Shown here: one piece after another, positions 27,605 to 36,475 of the stretch
How positions within the stretch are numbered: position 1 is the stretch's first letter
Layout of the letters: each line of letters starts with the position of its first letter
Source of the DNA: a virus
Virus record (IMG/VR): IMGVR_UViG_3300042010_000040
Location: 1-64,000 of that record
DNA: 64,000 nucleotides
Strand: one strand, 5' to 3'
Translations under genes and position numbers: made by a program
The notes under the pieces: model-generated
Databases searched by the model: none
The model's input: the letters and a program-made list of their open reading frames with translations, nothing else
Told to the model about the DNA's origin: nothing

Positions 27605-27842
27605 CCTCAACATCTTCAGAAACTTGGCGAACAAACCTACCAATAAAACCAAGACTGGCAACACTGCCCATTACAAGAACGATGTAGAAAGGGCTCATAT
27701 AAACAAGCCCCATTCCAAATGCTAGTGATAGGCCGTATGCAAGAGCAATGAGCACATTAGCGAACAGAGATAAAGCACTATAGCTTTTAAGTTGTTTCTT
27801 CCAATCTTCTATCAAAGTAGGACGTTTAATTTTTACCTTCAT
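27588..27842 (-). CDS. Holin (2 TM)
   Basis: LIEDWKK, two TM helices, adjacent to the endolysin. Confidence 0.72.
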   Translation of the reverse strand: MKVKIKRPTLIEDWKKQLKSYSALSLFANVLIALAYGLSLAFGMGLVYMSPFYIVLVMGSVASLGFIGRFVRQVSEDVEEKQDD

Positions 27843-28353
27843 TAACCACCTCTTTAATATCTACTGGAACTTCACCCATGCAGTATTTGTACTCAAGTGA
27901 TCGTCTAATAACCAATCCCTTAAGCATTTTCTTTTTCGCGTAAACCCATTTAGTCAACTCTTGACAAGCCCCATCATAATCCTTTGCATTAAGTTTCTTA
28001 AGCATTGTGCTAGAAGAGAAGTTACCGATCCCCGCATTATAAACAAAAGAGAGCATTGCAGCATGTTGATAATCAGATTTGAAAGGAACTTTCACAACAG
28101 ACATCAATTGCTTGTCATGCTCTTTTAAGTCTGTAGCCATCTGATCTAGGCATTGCCCATCTGTGTAGGTTTTACCAAGGACAGCTTCCTTGCCAGTATT
28201 ACCATAGCAAACTGTTACAATACCAACGGGATCAATATAAGCTTTATTCTCTTTGCCTTCAAATGGTGCTACGATGAATGCTCCAGAAATTGCCAAGGCA
28301 GAGCCCAGACCAACTCCAAGAAGCTTTTTATACAAATTAGAGTTGGTTGACAT
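27826..28353 (-). CDS. SAR endolysin (GH24 lysozyme)
   Basis: Gly/Ala-rich N-terminal anchor, catalytic triad FEG...YIDPVGIVT, SFVYNAG, GLVIRR. Confidence 0.92.
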   Translation of the reverse strand: MSTNSNLYKKLLGVGLGSALAISGAFIVAPFEGKENKAYIDPVGIVTVCYGNTGKEAVLGKTYTDGQCLDQMATDLKEHDKQLMSVVKVPFKSDYQHAAMLSFVYNAGIGNFSSSTMLKKLNAKDYDGACQELTKWVYAKKKMLKGLVIRRSLEYKYCMGEVPVDIKEVVNEGKN

Positions 28354-28362
28354 AAAATACCT

Positions 28363-29820
28363 TTAAATTAAATAAGAACCAGAGATGAGAATAGATCCCG
28401 AAGCGTCAACAGGAAGATAATTTCTTCCCGCACCAAACGGAGTATCCGTCAGGGTTATTTTAGATGCCCCTGACTCAATAAACCCACCTACAACCCCTAC
28501 CGATGTAATGCTACCAACATTTATGTTGACAATCGTATTGCCACCAGAAGAGCAGGCATAGGGCAAGCCCCTAATTTCCATATTACCTGTTCCTGTGTGG
28601 CCGGACCATTGTATTTCAGCATCAAAGGTACATACACCGGAATCAATTTTGAAGTTTCCTCTTCGGATTTGGTATGTGCATCCACCAGTAGAAGAAGTAC
28701 CTGCAATATAAGGCAAAAATGTAAATACCCTACCTTGCCACTGTACATTTCCGGAGTAACTTATTTCCCCGTCGAATACACAAGCCGTTTCATATAAGCT
28801 AATCTTACCAGACGTTCCTGTAGCAACGATGGCTTTATCATTGATATTGGTTTTTGTAGATGTACATCCATTTAAGGTAATACTTGCAGGCCGACCGTCC
28901 GAGGTTTTAATTGCTAGGAAAGACGCTGCCATCCCCGCATTTGCCATGCTGCCGTGAAGTGCGTGGCATCCGTTGAGCACTAGACCCTTAATATTCTGGT
29001 ATTCGGTAGGTATGCCTGAAGTTGAGGCTGTTGACGTATGGGCAAAATAGCTGTCCAGCAATGACCCTTCTGCCCCACAACCATTCAATACCATACCATT
29101 AATATTACTAAAGACATAACCCCATTTGTTATTATCAGACCCTAGTGCGTCAAAAGAGCTGTAAGTTAGTCCATTAAAAGACCAGCCTGCATCATTTGGA
29201 TTATTGTATGCCCAACACCTTCTACCTGTGATCGATGTGTGGAACCCATTAAATACAAATCCGCCCCCCATATTGGTGGAAGACCAGACATTATCCAATG
29301 ACACCATAAAAGAGTTCTGACTGAAGATGCCATGCCTACCACAGAGCTGCACCCTTACATTGTCAATATACCCCTGAGAAACGAAATCTGTACTTCCAAG
29401 TATACCACCGTTTATGGATATACCATCCCTGCCAGCACCAGTAATGGCAAGGTGTTCAATACCAAAGTGGACCCCCGGACCAAAGCTAATCCCATCTTCT
29501 AAGGGAGATAATCCAGAAAACTCAATAATTGTAGCAATTGGCCCTTGCCCCCGAATAATAATATTATGAACTTGTCCGGGGGCATACTGAGTGAAGTACA
29601 AGGGTTGTGTTATCTTAAACCTTCCTTTTGGAAGTTCAAAAATCCCCCCACGATACTCAGTATTTGTTTGAAGAAAATCTCTAAGTTCAATAAAGGCTTC
29701 AGTGTCATCAGCAACCCCATCACCCACAGCACTGAAATCCTTTATGTCATCAGATAATTTTTCTTGCAAATTCCTTGCAAACTCATTTGGGCCATAATAA
29801 AGAACATCAGTGCTATTCAT
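28363..29820 (-). CDS. Tailspike/depolymerase with pectate-lyase-like beta-helix
   Basis: DFSAVGDGVADDTEAF start of the beta-helix; likely start MNSTDV at 29820. Confidence 0.8.
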   Translation of the reverse strand: MNSTDVLYYGPNEFARNLQEKLSDDIKDFSAVGDGVADDTEAFIELRDFLQTNTEYRGGIFELPKGRFKITQPLYFTQYAPGQVHNIIIRGQGPIATIIEFSGLSPLEDGISFGPGVHFGIEHLAITGAGRDGISINGGILGSTDFVSQGYIDNVRVQLCGRHGIFSQNSFMVSLDNVWSSTNMGGGFVFNGFHTSITGRRCWAYNNPNDAGWSFNGLTYSSFDALGSDNNKWGYVFSNINGMVLNGCGAEGSLLDSYFAHTSTASTSGIPTEYQNIKGLVLNGCHALHGSMANAGMAASFLAIKTSDGRPASITLNGCTSTKTNINDKAIVATGTSGKISLYETACVFDGEISYSGNVQWQGRVFTFLPYIAGTSSTGGCTYQIRRGNFKIDSGVCTFDAEIQWSGHTGTGNMEIRGLPYACSSGGNTIVNINVGSITSVGVVGGFIESGASKITLTDTPFGAGRNYLPVDASGSILISGSYLI

Positions 29821-29821
29821 A

Positions 29822-30025
29822 TCAGGGAGTTCCTTCTGTGAATTCCCCGTCCAGATATACCCATCTTTCATCGGGCATTGGTTGTTCGTTAGTTATATCA
29901 ACCAAAGTGGCCACAAATTCCGGTATAAATCTAAGTTCAATAGGGATATCCGTACCATCATCATAAAGCAGTGGTTTGATAATCTCCTGCACTACGTTGT
30001 TCTCTAATCTTGCATATATCTTCAA
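29822..30025 (-). CDS. Tail fibre accessory/assembly protein
   Basis: YARLENNVVQEI...W.YLDGEF pattern, directly after the fibre gene. Confidence 0.6.
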   Translation of the reverse strand: MKIYARLENNVVQEIIKPLLYDDGTDIPIELRFIPEFVATLVDITNEQPMPDERWVYLDGEFTEGTP

Positions 30026-31071
30026 AGAGAATACTCCTCTACAATTATGATCCCTGCTGCACCAGCACCACCAGCATTGCCACCGGGGATGCTAGCGAGG
30101 GAGAGCCCACCGGCACCACCAGCACCAATTGTAGTAGAAGATGCCCCTGTCCCAGATGCCCCACCAGCAGGACCACCACCACCAAATACGGACGACCCAC
30201 CACCACCTGAGAAGGTTACAGTGGCAGCAAGGCTAAATGCTACGCTGCCAGCCGTACCACGGCTGTTTAATATAGAGGCGTTAGACCCTAGGCCACCCGC
30301 GCCTGCTGAAGTGATCGCCGGGAATGCACCAATGCCAGATCCGGCTGGACCTCCACCCCCACCGGTTGCGGTTGCAACAGCGCCAAAACTAGAACTAGCG
30401 CCATTAGAACCAGCACTGAATCCAGCCGCACCACCAGCACCACCAGCACCTACGGTAACAGCTATTGCCGAGAGTGCACCTGCAACAACACCATCACAAT
30501 ATCCACCTGCACCACCACCACCCCCTGCGGCTGATTGGCCAGCACCAGTGGCACCTGCCCCACCACCACCACCACCACCCGAGTGCAACTTATATCTAGT
30601 AAAAGCTGTCTTTGAGTGTGTAGTAAAAGTTGTTGCTCCTGTTGTCGTCGCTGCTGCATCATCTACAGAGATTCGCTGAACACCGCCCACATTGGTGTAC
30701 ACAGTTCTGCGTAACAACCTACCTTGAGTTGGAAACGCAACATCCCAGTAGGTGTGGGTTACATCTGTCACAGGGTTTTGGTTTAAGCTATCAGCTACAG
30801 CTACATAAATAGTACCGTCTGAACCTTGGACGTATGAACGCTCACCACTTGTGGTGAAATAGTAGTTATCAGTGGCTGACCAAACACTAATACCCTTCTG
30901 GAATAAGTGCAGGATTGCATTATCCTGACGGTTCTGTGCAAAGTTCTCCCACTGAAAAGGTGGGACTTCAGCAGTCCAGCCAGTCTGAATCTTGACATCA
31001 CTTGGGGCAACAATAGAACCACCAGAGGCCCATTGAAAACTAAAATCGGGTTTGTTTACTTCAGCAGCCAT
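30022..31071 (-). CDS. Tail fibre protein with Gly-rich C-terminal domain
   Basis: WASGG...IQTGW...PPFQWEN baseplate anchor, GGGGG repeats. Confidence 0.85.
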   Translation of the reverse strand: MAAEVNKPDFSFQWASGGSIVAPSDVKIQTGWTAEVPPFQWENFAQNRQDNAILHLFQKGISVWSATDNYYFTTSGERSYVQGSDGTIYVAVADSLNQNPVTDVTHTYWDVAFPTQGRLLRRTVYTNVGGVQRISVDDAAATTTGATTFTTHSKTAFTRYKLHSGGGGGGGAGATGAGQSAAGGGGGAGGYCDGVVAGALSAIAVTVGAGGAGGAAGFSAGSNGASSSFGAVATATGGGGGPAGSGIGAFPAITSAGAGGLGSNASILNSRGTAGSVAFSLAATVTFSGGGGSSVFGGGGPAGGASGTGASSTTIGAGGAGGLSLASIPGGNAGGAGAAGIIIVEEYSL

Positions 31072-31085
31072 TATTAAATCCTTTG

Positions 31086-31847
31086 TTAGATGAGCTGAGC
31101 ATATAGCCCACCCAATGATAAATCACTCAAATCTCCGTAGCCTTTGGCATTCAGAGCACCTTGAAAACCAAAATAGTTTTCCGCAATAAACTCACCAAAA
31201 TTGATTCTTACACCAATTGGCTTTGGAATAAATCTAGAAGGGTAACCGGAGGAATAGGATGTATAAGTAAGTAGTACTTTCTCAAAAGAAGATAACTCTC
31301 TCCCTAGCATTACAGTAACTTCAGCATTACCCTCTGCAACAACCAAGCTCATATCAATTCCAAATATGAATTGCATAAACTCTATGAATTGGTTTGGGGT
31401 TACATTTGTATTATTCTTTACAATCTTAGCTTTAATGAACAGTCGATATTGTTCATCTGTAAGGAGTGTGTTCCCAGCTAAGGGATTGTTGATATCGTAA
31501 TACGGTCCACCAAGTGCTGGGTTATCCAAGTCACCGTAAGATTGAGCATCTGGATAGCCAACAAAAGCGAAGAACGTTAATAATGCTGTATCAATAAGCT
31601 CTCTTGGTTGGCCTACGATATCGCCAATGATGTCTAATTGAGCACCAACAGCAGTGTCAATAGAGCGCTCTTGCATCAATTGACGGAAGACTTCTTGAAG
31701 TTCAATCTTTCCGCCAAGGAGGAGTTGGAGGTACTTGTCGAACACAATCGGCCCAGAGCCATCTGAATCTAGCATAAACTGCTGAGTCACACGAGAACGT
31801 GCTACAGAAAGGTAATCCTCAATATTGAACAAATTCAATTCTGACAT
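31086..31847 (-). CDS. Baseplate wedge protein (DUF2612-like)
   Basis: AVGAQLDIIGDIVG, LTDEQYRLFIKAKI. Confidence 0.85.
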   Translation of the reverse strand: MSELNLFNIEDYLSVARSRVTQQFMLDSDGSGPIVFDKYLQLLLGGKIELQEVFRQLMQERSIDTAVGAQLDIIGDIVGQPRELIDTALLTFFAFVGYPDAQSYGDLDNPALGGPYYDINNPLAGNTLLTDEQYRLFIKAKIVKNNTNVTPNQFIEFMQFIFGIDMSLVVAEGNAEVTVMLGRELSSFEKVLLTYTSYSSGYPSRFIPKPIGVRINFGEFIAENYFGFQGALNAKGYGDLSDLSLGGLYAQLI

Positions 31848-31856
31848 GCTACCTCC

Positions 31857-33296
31857 TTATGTGATAACTATGTTGACACTGGACAGTGAGGCAATCTCAT
31901 CGAAGGCTATAATTACGTTCGTAACTCCAACAGGTGCTGGCGAAGTACCGATTGTAAGCGATACAACTTCATGTCCCGGAATACTATTGATGGGAGTGTA
32001 CAGACGACTATAAATCACATCATCACCAGTACCAAAGTTAGCAGTGAAGTATTCAATTAATGCCGACTTGATAGCATCATTCCCGTTAGGTGGGAAGTTC
32101 ACATCTGTTGTGATGTTCATGCTAATATAAATTACAACAGGATCTGGGCGAGAGAAACTAATGTCGTGAGGGAAACCCTGAACATCAGAAATGCTTACAG
32201 TGGTGTTGCCATAGCTTAAAATACCAATCGGCTTGTTATCCCAAATAGCATTAGCAATGTCTGTAGACAATCCCCCGGAAACAATGGGGAGAAAACTGTG
32301 TGCAGGAACGCCATTACCGTCTACAACACTTGTGTCATTCTCATAGATGGTTACTTCGCTAACATTATCAAGATTGATAAGAGCAGAGTAGATAGCATCT
32401 AGCGTATTAGTTGCACGATCAAACTTACCATTGCGGAACCTAAGACGAAGCTCTTCATCTGTTTCACGATCTTCACCGGGAGTAGCTGCAACTGGGTTGT
32501 TTACACTATCCCAACCCAGCATTGGTGTGAGGATTGTGTCAATAGTGTTTGCAGGCTGTTCAATGATGCCAGATTCTACAGCAACAACTTCGCCAACAGT
32601 GCGTACTTTAGTAATACCAAGATTAACAGAAGTGGTAAAGTTTACAGTCTGGAAGATATCATTCCGATCAATTACAAGAGTCGTTCCAACAACAGAGGCT
32701 GTCAGCGTTGGATGAGCACCAGCAATAACACCTTGCAATCCTGCCAAGATTTCAGCAACAGTAGCACTCGCATCAGATGTAAACGTGATGGTGTTAGAGG
32801 TTGTTGTATTGGCATAAGTGATGGTGTAAGCTGTGCTATCTTGTAAGGTGACTACAGATACGGTAATCCCACTCGCCGTGCTCGGAGATAGAGAAATTGC
32901 ACCAACTGTAGTGAATTGTTCGCCAGTTGTAGAGCTACTTACAGTTTGTCCAACAGGGATTAGTGTGTTAGTGTCACCAGCTACAAGAATAGAGGATGTG
33001 GTGAAGGTTTGTTCTTTGCGGGTAATGCCCGCATATGCTACAAGGTTATCAAGAGCAATACCTGTTGCAGAGTTTGGGTCAAAGGCTGCGTATACTTCTT
33101 GGGCAGCTTCCCATAGATCAGCTTCACTTGGAGCAGCTATGGAGATGAGGCGACCTAGTGCTGAGCTATCTGAAGTGTCAACTTGGTCTCCGGGCTGAAT
33201 AAGGTCTTGAAAGAGTTGTACTGCTAAAGCTCGGTCATCGGCTAGGATGTCGGCCAACCTTTTTATTACGAATCCTTGGTCAGTTACCCCGGCCAT
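31857..33296 (-). CDS. Baseplate J-like protein
   Basis: ATGIALD, GEDRETDEELRLR. Confidence 0.9.
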   Translation of the reverse strand: MAGVTDQGFVIKRLADILADDRALAVQLFQDLIQPGDQVDTSDSSALGRLISIAAPSEADLWEAAQEVYAAFDPNSATGIALDNLVAYAGITRKEQTFTTSSILVAGDTNTLIPVGQTVSSSTTGEQFTTVGAISLSPSTASGITVSVVTLQDSTAYTITYANTTTSNTITFTSDASATVAEILAGLQGVIAGAHPTLTASVVGTTLVIDRNDIFQTVNFTTSVNLGITKVRTVGEVVAVESGIIEQPANTIDTILTPMLGWDSVNNPVAATPGEDRETDEELRLRFRNGKFDRATNTLDAIYSALINLDNVSEVTIYENDTSVVDGNGVPAHSFLPIVSGGLSTDIANAIWDNKPIGILSYGNTTVSISDVQGFPHDISFSRPDPVVIYISMNITTDVNFPPNGNDAIKSALIEYFTANFGTGDDVIYSRLYTPINSIPGHEVVSLTIGTSPAPVGVTNVIIAFDEIASLSSVNIVIT

Positions 33297-33310
33297 AAAA
33301 GTTCCTTAAA

Positions 33311-33685
33311 TTAATTGATTGGTTGCACAGATATGGGTGCTGTAACTTCACCAGTAACAACCTTAACTTGAAAGGTTAGGGAATACTGTCTGTTCTGGAA
33401 GGTAGATTTAAAAGAAACGATTTCTTTTACACCCTCTTCTTCTAGGATTGCTGTTTGAAAAATCAAATCAACAGAGGACTTAGACGTTTGCTTAATCCCA
33501 AGAATACGAGAAAGGTAGGGGACACCATAGGTTGTATCGGCAAACCACTCAGGTTCCATTGTTAACAGACGAATCTTCAAACGCTGAGCAACAGTTTGAG
33601 TAAATGGCTGTGTGGTGTATTCGCGTGTCAAAGGCCCATTGTTCCAAACTATGTCATGAGTTTGGGTATCAAGTAGAAAATCAAT
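33311..33685 (-). CDS. Baseplate wedge/sheath initiator (gp25-like), probable ATT start
   Basis: AQRLKIRL...EWFADTTYGVPY; the frame is open upstream to ATT at 33685 behind GGAGGT. Confidence 0.75.
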   Translation of the reverse strand: MDFLLDTQTHDIVWNNGPLTREYTTQPFTQTVAQRLKIRLLTMEPEWFADTTYGVPYLSRILGIKQTSKSSVDLIFQTAILEEEGVKEIVSFKSTFQNRQYSLTFQVKVVTGEVTAPISVQPIN

Positions 33686-33697
33686 AATACACCTCCA

Positions 33698-34459
33698 TTA
33701 TGGGTTAGTTGGTGGAATAACAGCAGGTGCGTGTCTGTGGGTGTTGAAGATGACACCATTAAAGGTCGCTTGCCCACCGACAAGAGTATAATTTCCTGTC
33801 TGACTGTAATCGCCTTGGTGAATTATTGCTCCAATCCATGTTGTGGTTGGAATATCGACAGTCATCGTCTGTGCATTCAAATTAATTGCACCACTCGCGT
33901 TAACAGTGGCATCTGAGCAATTGATAACTACAGGTTGATTTGAAGTGTTAATTTCAATACTACCATCAGCTTTCAGTCGTACTTCACTCTCAACACCTCC
34001 AAGGTTCTGGAACAACACAGCATCACTTGGGTCATGCGTTAAAATGTGTTTTGCTGGGTTATTAACAGCGGAGCCCGGAGGTTGAATACCGGGGATAAAC
34101 ATTGCATCCCCTTTATCCATCTTTGCAAAGTTCATTGGTGAGGCAGGGCGACCATTACCAGCTTTCCAACCATCCATGTTACGCATAGAGAAGATGGCAA
34201 TGCCTGTGCTACCAACTTTGATTGGAAAAGTAAAACCTGCCGTAGAGGATACTGGGAACGATACTGGGACACCCAACACTTGAGGACGTTCTTTAACAGT
34301 GCCATCTTTAAACTTTTGATTGATTGTGGGCTGTATATCTACCATTTGCCCATTTAAACCATCTCTTACAGCAATAACGATGCACGGTAGGCTAGTATAC
34401 ATATTGTTGATCTTGTTATCAAAACCAGCACCAAGAAGTTCTTGAACGTCTGCACTCAT
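33698..34459 (-). CDS. Baseplate central spike (gp138/gpV-like)
   Basis: VPVSFP, FPIKVG, C-terminal HRH iron-binding tip. Confidence 0.88.
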   Translation of the reverse strand: MSADVQELLGAGFDNKINNMYTSLPCIVIAVRDGLNGQMVDIQPTINQKFKDGTVKERPQVLGVPVSFPVSSTAGFTFPIKVGSTGIAIFSMRNMDGWKAGNGRPASPMNFAKMDKGDAMFIPGIQPPGSAVNNPAKHILTHDPSDAVLFQNLGGVESEVRLKADGSIEINTSNQPVVINCSDATVNASGAINLNAQTMTVDIPTTTWIGAIIHQGDYSQTGNYTLVGGQATFNGVIFNTHRHAPAVIPPTNP

Positions 34460-35346
34460 GATTTAAGAACCTTCTCTAATGAAATGCCTTTGCAATCCGT
34501 GTACCAGCTATTATCGCGAAACCCGCCATAGTGACGTAGAGTCTCAATCTTGAAATAACCCTGAATCAAAGTATCTTCAAGCAAAACAATATCACCAGCT
34601 CTGATATCTGGGTTCAGTAACATTGTCCACTGCACACCGGGTTTCTTCGCCTTATTCTTTTTAGACTTACGAACTTGTGGATTCACACGGTAAGCAGAAC
34701 CAATAAGACCTGTGTCTTCACTAATAACGTATGCTTGAGTGAAGTTCTCAGAGTTAGCCCTGTCGTTGTTATGCATGTACAAGGTGTCTTCTTCAATCTG
34801 CCAATCTACTTGATACTTCTCAGACAGCTCATCAAGCATCTCTTTTGGTGTACCTGATAACGGATAACCATAAATGATTTCATTATTCAGGTTTGTGCCG
34901 TTGTATATACCGCGAGATACACCGGGTATAGCTTGCCTGATAGCTTCAGCAACGTCTTTGACATTACGACCGGGAGCAACCAAAGAGTTCAACACCTCGT
35001 GGTTAATTTCTGTGTAAACAGCCCCCATCTGAAGCTGACTCACCAAATCAGGACCACTCTTACGAGTTGCAACATTAGTAACACGACCAGAGAAAATACG
35101 TTGCAAACTGTTAGTATCTTCATAGCCGCAACTAAATACTGCTGCTGGGTAGTCTGTATCTAACAGTGCTAGGGTTTCTGGGTCAAGGTTGTACACTTCA
35201 ATAGAAGCAGAGTTTGTACGGTCTTTGTTGTTCGTACTCTTACTGATATCAAAAGTAACTTGAAGGTTACTTTCTACAAGAACACCTTCAGAAGTATTAT
35301 AATCCCCAACCGTTAGTTGGAATACCCTGTTCCTTTGATAAATCAT
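34456..35346 (-). CDS. Baseplate hub protein
   Basis: FDISKS, IEVYNL, TGLIGS, LLNPDI. Confidence 0.82.
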   Translation of the reverse strand: MIYQRNRVFQLTVGDYNTSEGVLVESNLQVTFDISKSTNNKDRTNSASIEVYNLDPETLALLDTDYPAAVFSCGYEDTNSLQRIFSGRVTNVATRKSGPDLVSQLQMGAVYTEINHEVLNSLVAPGRNVKDVAEAIRQAIPGVSRGIYNGTNLNNEIIYGYPLSGTPKEMLDELSEKYQVDWQIEEDTLYMHNNDRANSENFTQAYVISEDTGLIGSAYRVNPQVRKSKKNKAKKPGVQWTMLLNPDIRAGDIVLLEDTLIQGYFKIETLRHYGGFRDNSWYTDCKGISLEKVLKS

Positions 35347-35348
35347 AA

Positions 35349-35684
35349 CTACTCTCCGTCGTCATATACATACCACATCAAGTAATATTCGTTGATCTTG
35401 TCTGGGTAAACTTTATAAGGTTCTGAGATAATCTCAGCAATCTCTTCCATCCAGAACCAACCAGTTAGTGGGAAAAGAGCATAGTCTTTGAACATTGGAT
35501 ATCCGGGGACTAATCTTTCCCCCATAACAATTGGATTGTTGTCTTGGTCCAGTAGATCTAAGAAGTAAGCTTCAGATCTGTCACTGTAGGTGAACCTAAG
35601 AATAACTGACAGACCTTGAAAGGATGTGCTATATTCATAGTAAGCATCACTAAAGAGTGGAAGAGATACGTATTGTAATGCCAT
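35349..35684 (-). CDS. Baseplate structural protein
   Basis: Size and position in the tail module. Confidence 0.65.
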   Translation of the reverse strand: MALQYVSLPLFSDAYYEYSTSFQGLSVILRFTYSDRSEAYFLDLLDQDNNPIVMGERLVPGYPMFKDYALFPLTGWFWMEEIAEIISEPYKVYPDKINEYYLMWYVYDDGE

Positions 35685-36472
35685 TATAACTCCTCCGCTA
35701 CTTTAGTTTGTGGGTCTACGTCAGGACTTGCACCGTCCGTACCACTGACAGGCTTGGGAGTTGGATCTTGCTTACCTTTTGAAGCTTTTGGTGCAGCCTT
35801 CTTCTTGAGAGAATTCACAACATCTTGTGGGAGTACAGTCTTCTTCAATGTAGCAAAGGTAACTTGTTCAAAGGTTAAATCACAAAACAATCCTTCGCCA
35901 CTATTGACATCTTCCCTAAAGACCATGCTTGTGATGACGAGATTATTAATAATCTTCTTAAGAAGTGTCCCGTCATATTCAAACAACCTTACCAACTGAA
36001 TATTGGGAACAAACTTACCTTTCTTTTCGTTGAAGATAACACCAGCCATCAAACCAACAATAGCGTCTTTAACTGTGTCAAGGGTTTGTAGTCTAGGACC
36101 GTCAACAATAATTTCGGGGGTACTACTTGAAAGAAATTGACCAATACTGTCTGGGATGAATTGTTTTAAAACGCTATCATCTGTAGATGCGACAGAAACT
36201 GCTGTTGGTGCTTCGTTAACATTGTAGGGAGTATTACCAACCAAGTCCTGAATAAGATAACTATTCATGGAAATGTCATAGCCGGTGATAACTGTTGACA
36301 TTGTGAAGATAGGGTTTTGGCGTATAAAGTGGTCCGATATGGATGCACCACTCGCAATAGGGTGCTTTGTTACTTGACCAGAATAATTCTCTGTACTTAC
36401 CGTAATGGCGTCAAAAAACACGAATCCGCCACCCTCTTCGTTGTCCTCCCCCCATCTCAAACCAAAGCTCAT
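35684..36472 (-). CDS. Tail tube initiator/Dit-like protein
   Basis: VTKHPIASGASISDH motif, directly after the tape measure. Confidence 0.75.
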   Translation of the reverse strand: MSFGLRWGEDNEEGGGFVFFDAITVSTENYSGQVTKHPIASGASISDHFIRQNPIFTMSTVITGYDISMNSYLIQDLVGNTPYNVNEAPTAVSVASTDDSVLKQFIPDSIGQFLSSSTPEIIVDGPRLQTLDTVKDAIVGLMAGVIFNEKKGKFVPNIQLVRLFEYDGTLLKKIINNLVITSMVFREDVNSGEGLFCDLTFEQVTFATLKKTVLPQDVVNSLKKKAAPKASKGKQDPTPKPVSGTDGASPDVDPQTKVAEEL

Positions 36473-36475
36473 TCT

